NCBI GenBank assembly: GCA_048772705.1
Contig: JBLWGC010000166.1
Coordinates: forward strand, 1-15,498
Length of the DNA stretch: 15,498 bases
From: Leidyana gryllorum EB-2025a
Taxonomy: Eukaryota; Protista; Apicomplexa
Direction of reading: 5' to 3'
Under the pieces are notes generated by a model. That model made no database searches. It had not been told where the DNA came from and worked only from the letters and a program-made list of their open reading frames with translations. The translations under genes and the position numbers were made by a program. Positions 15,044 through 15,498 of this stretch are shown here, piece by piece (position 1 is the stretch's first letter; each line of letters starts with the position of its first letter).

Positions 15044-15116
15044 CACCGCCCGCGGGGCTCGAACCCGCGACTGCAAGATTAAGAGTCTTGCGCTCTACCG
15101 ACTGAGCTAGGGCGGC
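15044..15116 (-). tRNA. trnK: tRNA-Lys(CTT)
   Basis: GCCGCCC/GGGCGGT; CAAGA-CTCTTAA-TCTTG; intact. Confidence 0.95.
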
Positions 15117-15384
15117 AGGAATGCAAGGACAAAAAACCCGATAGCCCGACATCTTAAGTGGCTTTGGTACCCACCAGCCTCACTTGAAGATTGTCCGGGT
15201 CGTCTAGGTGCTTACAACAGCAAGTTGTGGCCGTGCATACCCAGCCCCGAATCCTGGCTTGGATAGTATGTCCCCGATGTCTGAATGGGAGATGTGGGCG
15301 AAGTCTGTCCACACCCACCATCGGGCGTAGCTGCCCATGTCCTGTCTTGATCGCTACACACTCCCATTTGACGGCTCCGCTGGT

Positions 15385-15457
15385 GGCGCCATGGCCTAAT
15401 GGATATGGCATCGGTCTTCGGAACCGGGAGTTGTGGGTTCGAGTCCCATCCGCATCA
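15385..15457 (+). pseudogene. tRNA-Arg(TCG) with poorly paired acceptor stem
   Basis: TCGGT-CTTCGGA-ACCGG; good T-arm; acceptor GGCGCCA/CCGCATC has three mismatches. Confidence 0.65.
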
Positions 15458-15498
15458 TAGCCTCGCACGCGGAAGACGTTCCGTTTCGACCGAGTTGC

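Larger units (their letters stand above)
1..15457. other. Dense array of about 100 eukaryotic-type tRNA genes and pseudogenes
   Basis: Cloverleaf sequences with A-box (TRGYNNAR-GG) and B-box (GTTCRANNC) recur about every 150 bp on both strands; no CCA ends. Confidence 0.97.

Noticed and set aside
15120-15380. snRNA, 5S or 7SL gene in the longer unique spacers (also 800-1000 and 8330-8500)
   Set aside because: I recognised no diagnostic motif; an Rfam search would be needed.
166-15468. All ORFs in the six-frame track
   Set aside because: They are short, overlap tRNA genes on both strands and translate tRNA motifs (e.g. GIEP, RVRFP, GFEP). None shows a recognisable protein fold, and their mutual similarity comes from the DNA duplications.
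1-15498. Bacterial, phage or organellar tRNA array
   Set aside because: Eukaryotic initiator, Tyr, Ala and Met signatures, INN-type anticodons for Ala/Ser/Thr/Pro/Val/Leu, no CCA ends and mixed strands argue against it.
1-15498. CRISPR array or tRNA-derived SINE family
   Set aside because: There is no constant repeat with unique spacers. Many different tRNA families are involved, and there are no shared tails, poly(A) or target-site duplications.

Overview
This window is not protein-coding. It is an extremely dense, bidirectional array of eukaryotic-type nuclear tRNA genes and tRNA pseudogenes: about 100 loci by manual count, roughly one per 150 bp. Eukaryotic signatures seen directly are no encoded 3' CCA, C1:G72 plus an intron after position 37 in tRNA-Tyr, A1:T72 plus a GATCGAAA T-loop in initiator tRNA-Met, T31:T39 in elongator Met, and A54 (GGATCGAT) in tRNA-Ala. 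tRNAs for 18 amino acids are represented (Asn only as damaged copies); I could not confidently find Ile, Cys or Sec. The array is a mosaic of reshuffled multi-tRNA modules (Asp-Val-Gln, Ala-Pro, Glu-Thr, Gly-Ser-Lys, Leu-Trp) present in direct and inverted copies, with every stage of decay. Notable points: paralogous copies differ at the wobble base while keeping body and flanks; three copies have identity-switched anticodons (an Arg-like body with opal TCA, an Asn-like body with GCT, a Val body with CGC); tRNA-Tyr has a 7-nt intron; rearrangement junctions fall inside tRNA genes; and immediate oligo-T terminators are mostly absent. The ORF track is interpreted as spurious. All calls are by manual folding and comparison, coordinates may be off by a few nt, and the organism was not identified.
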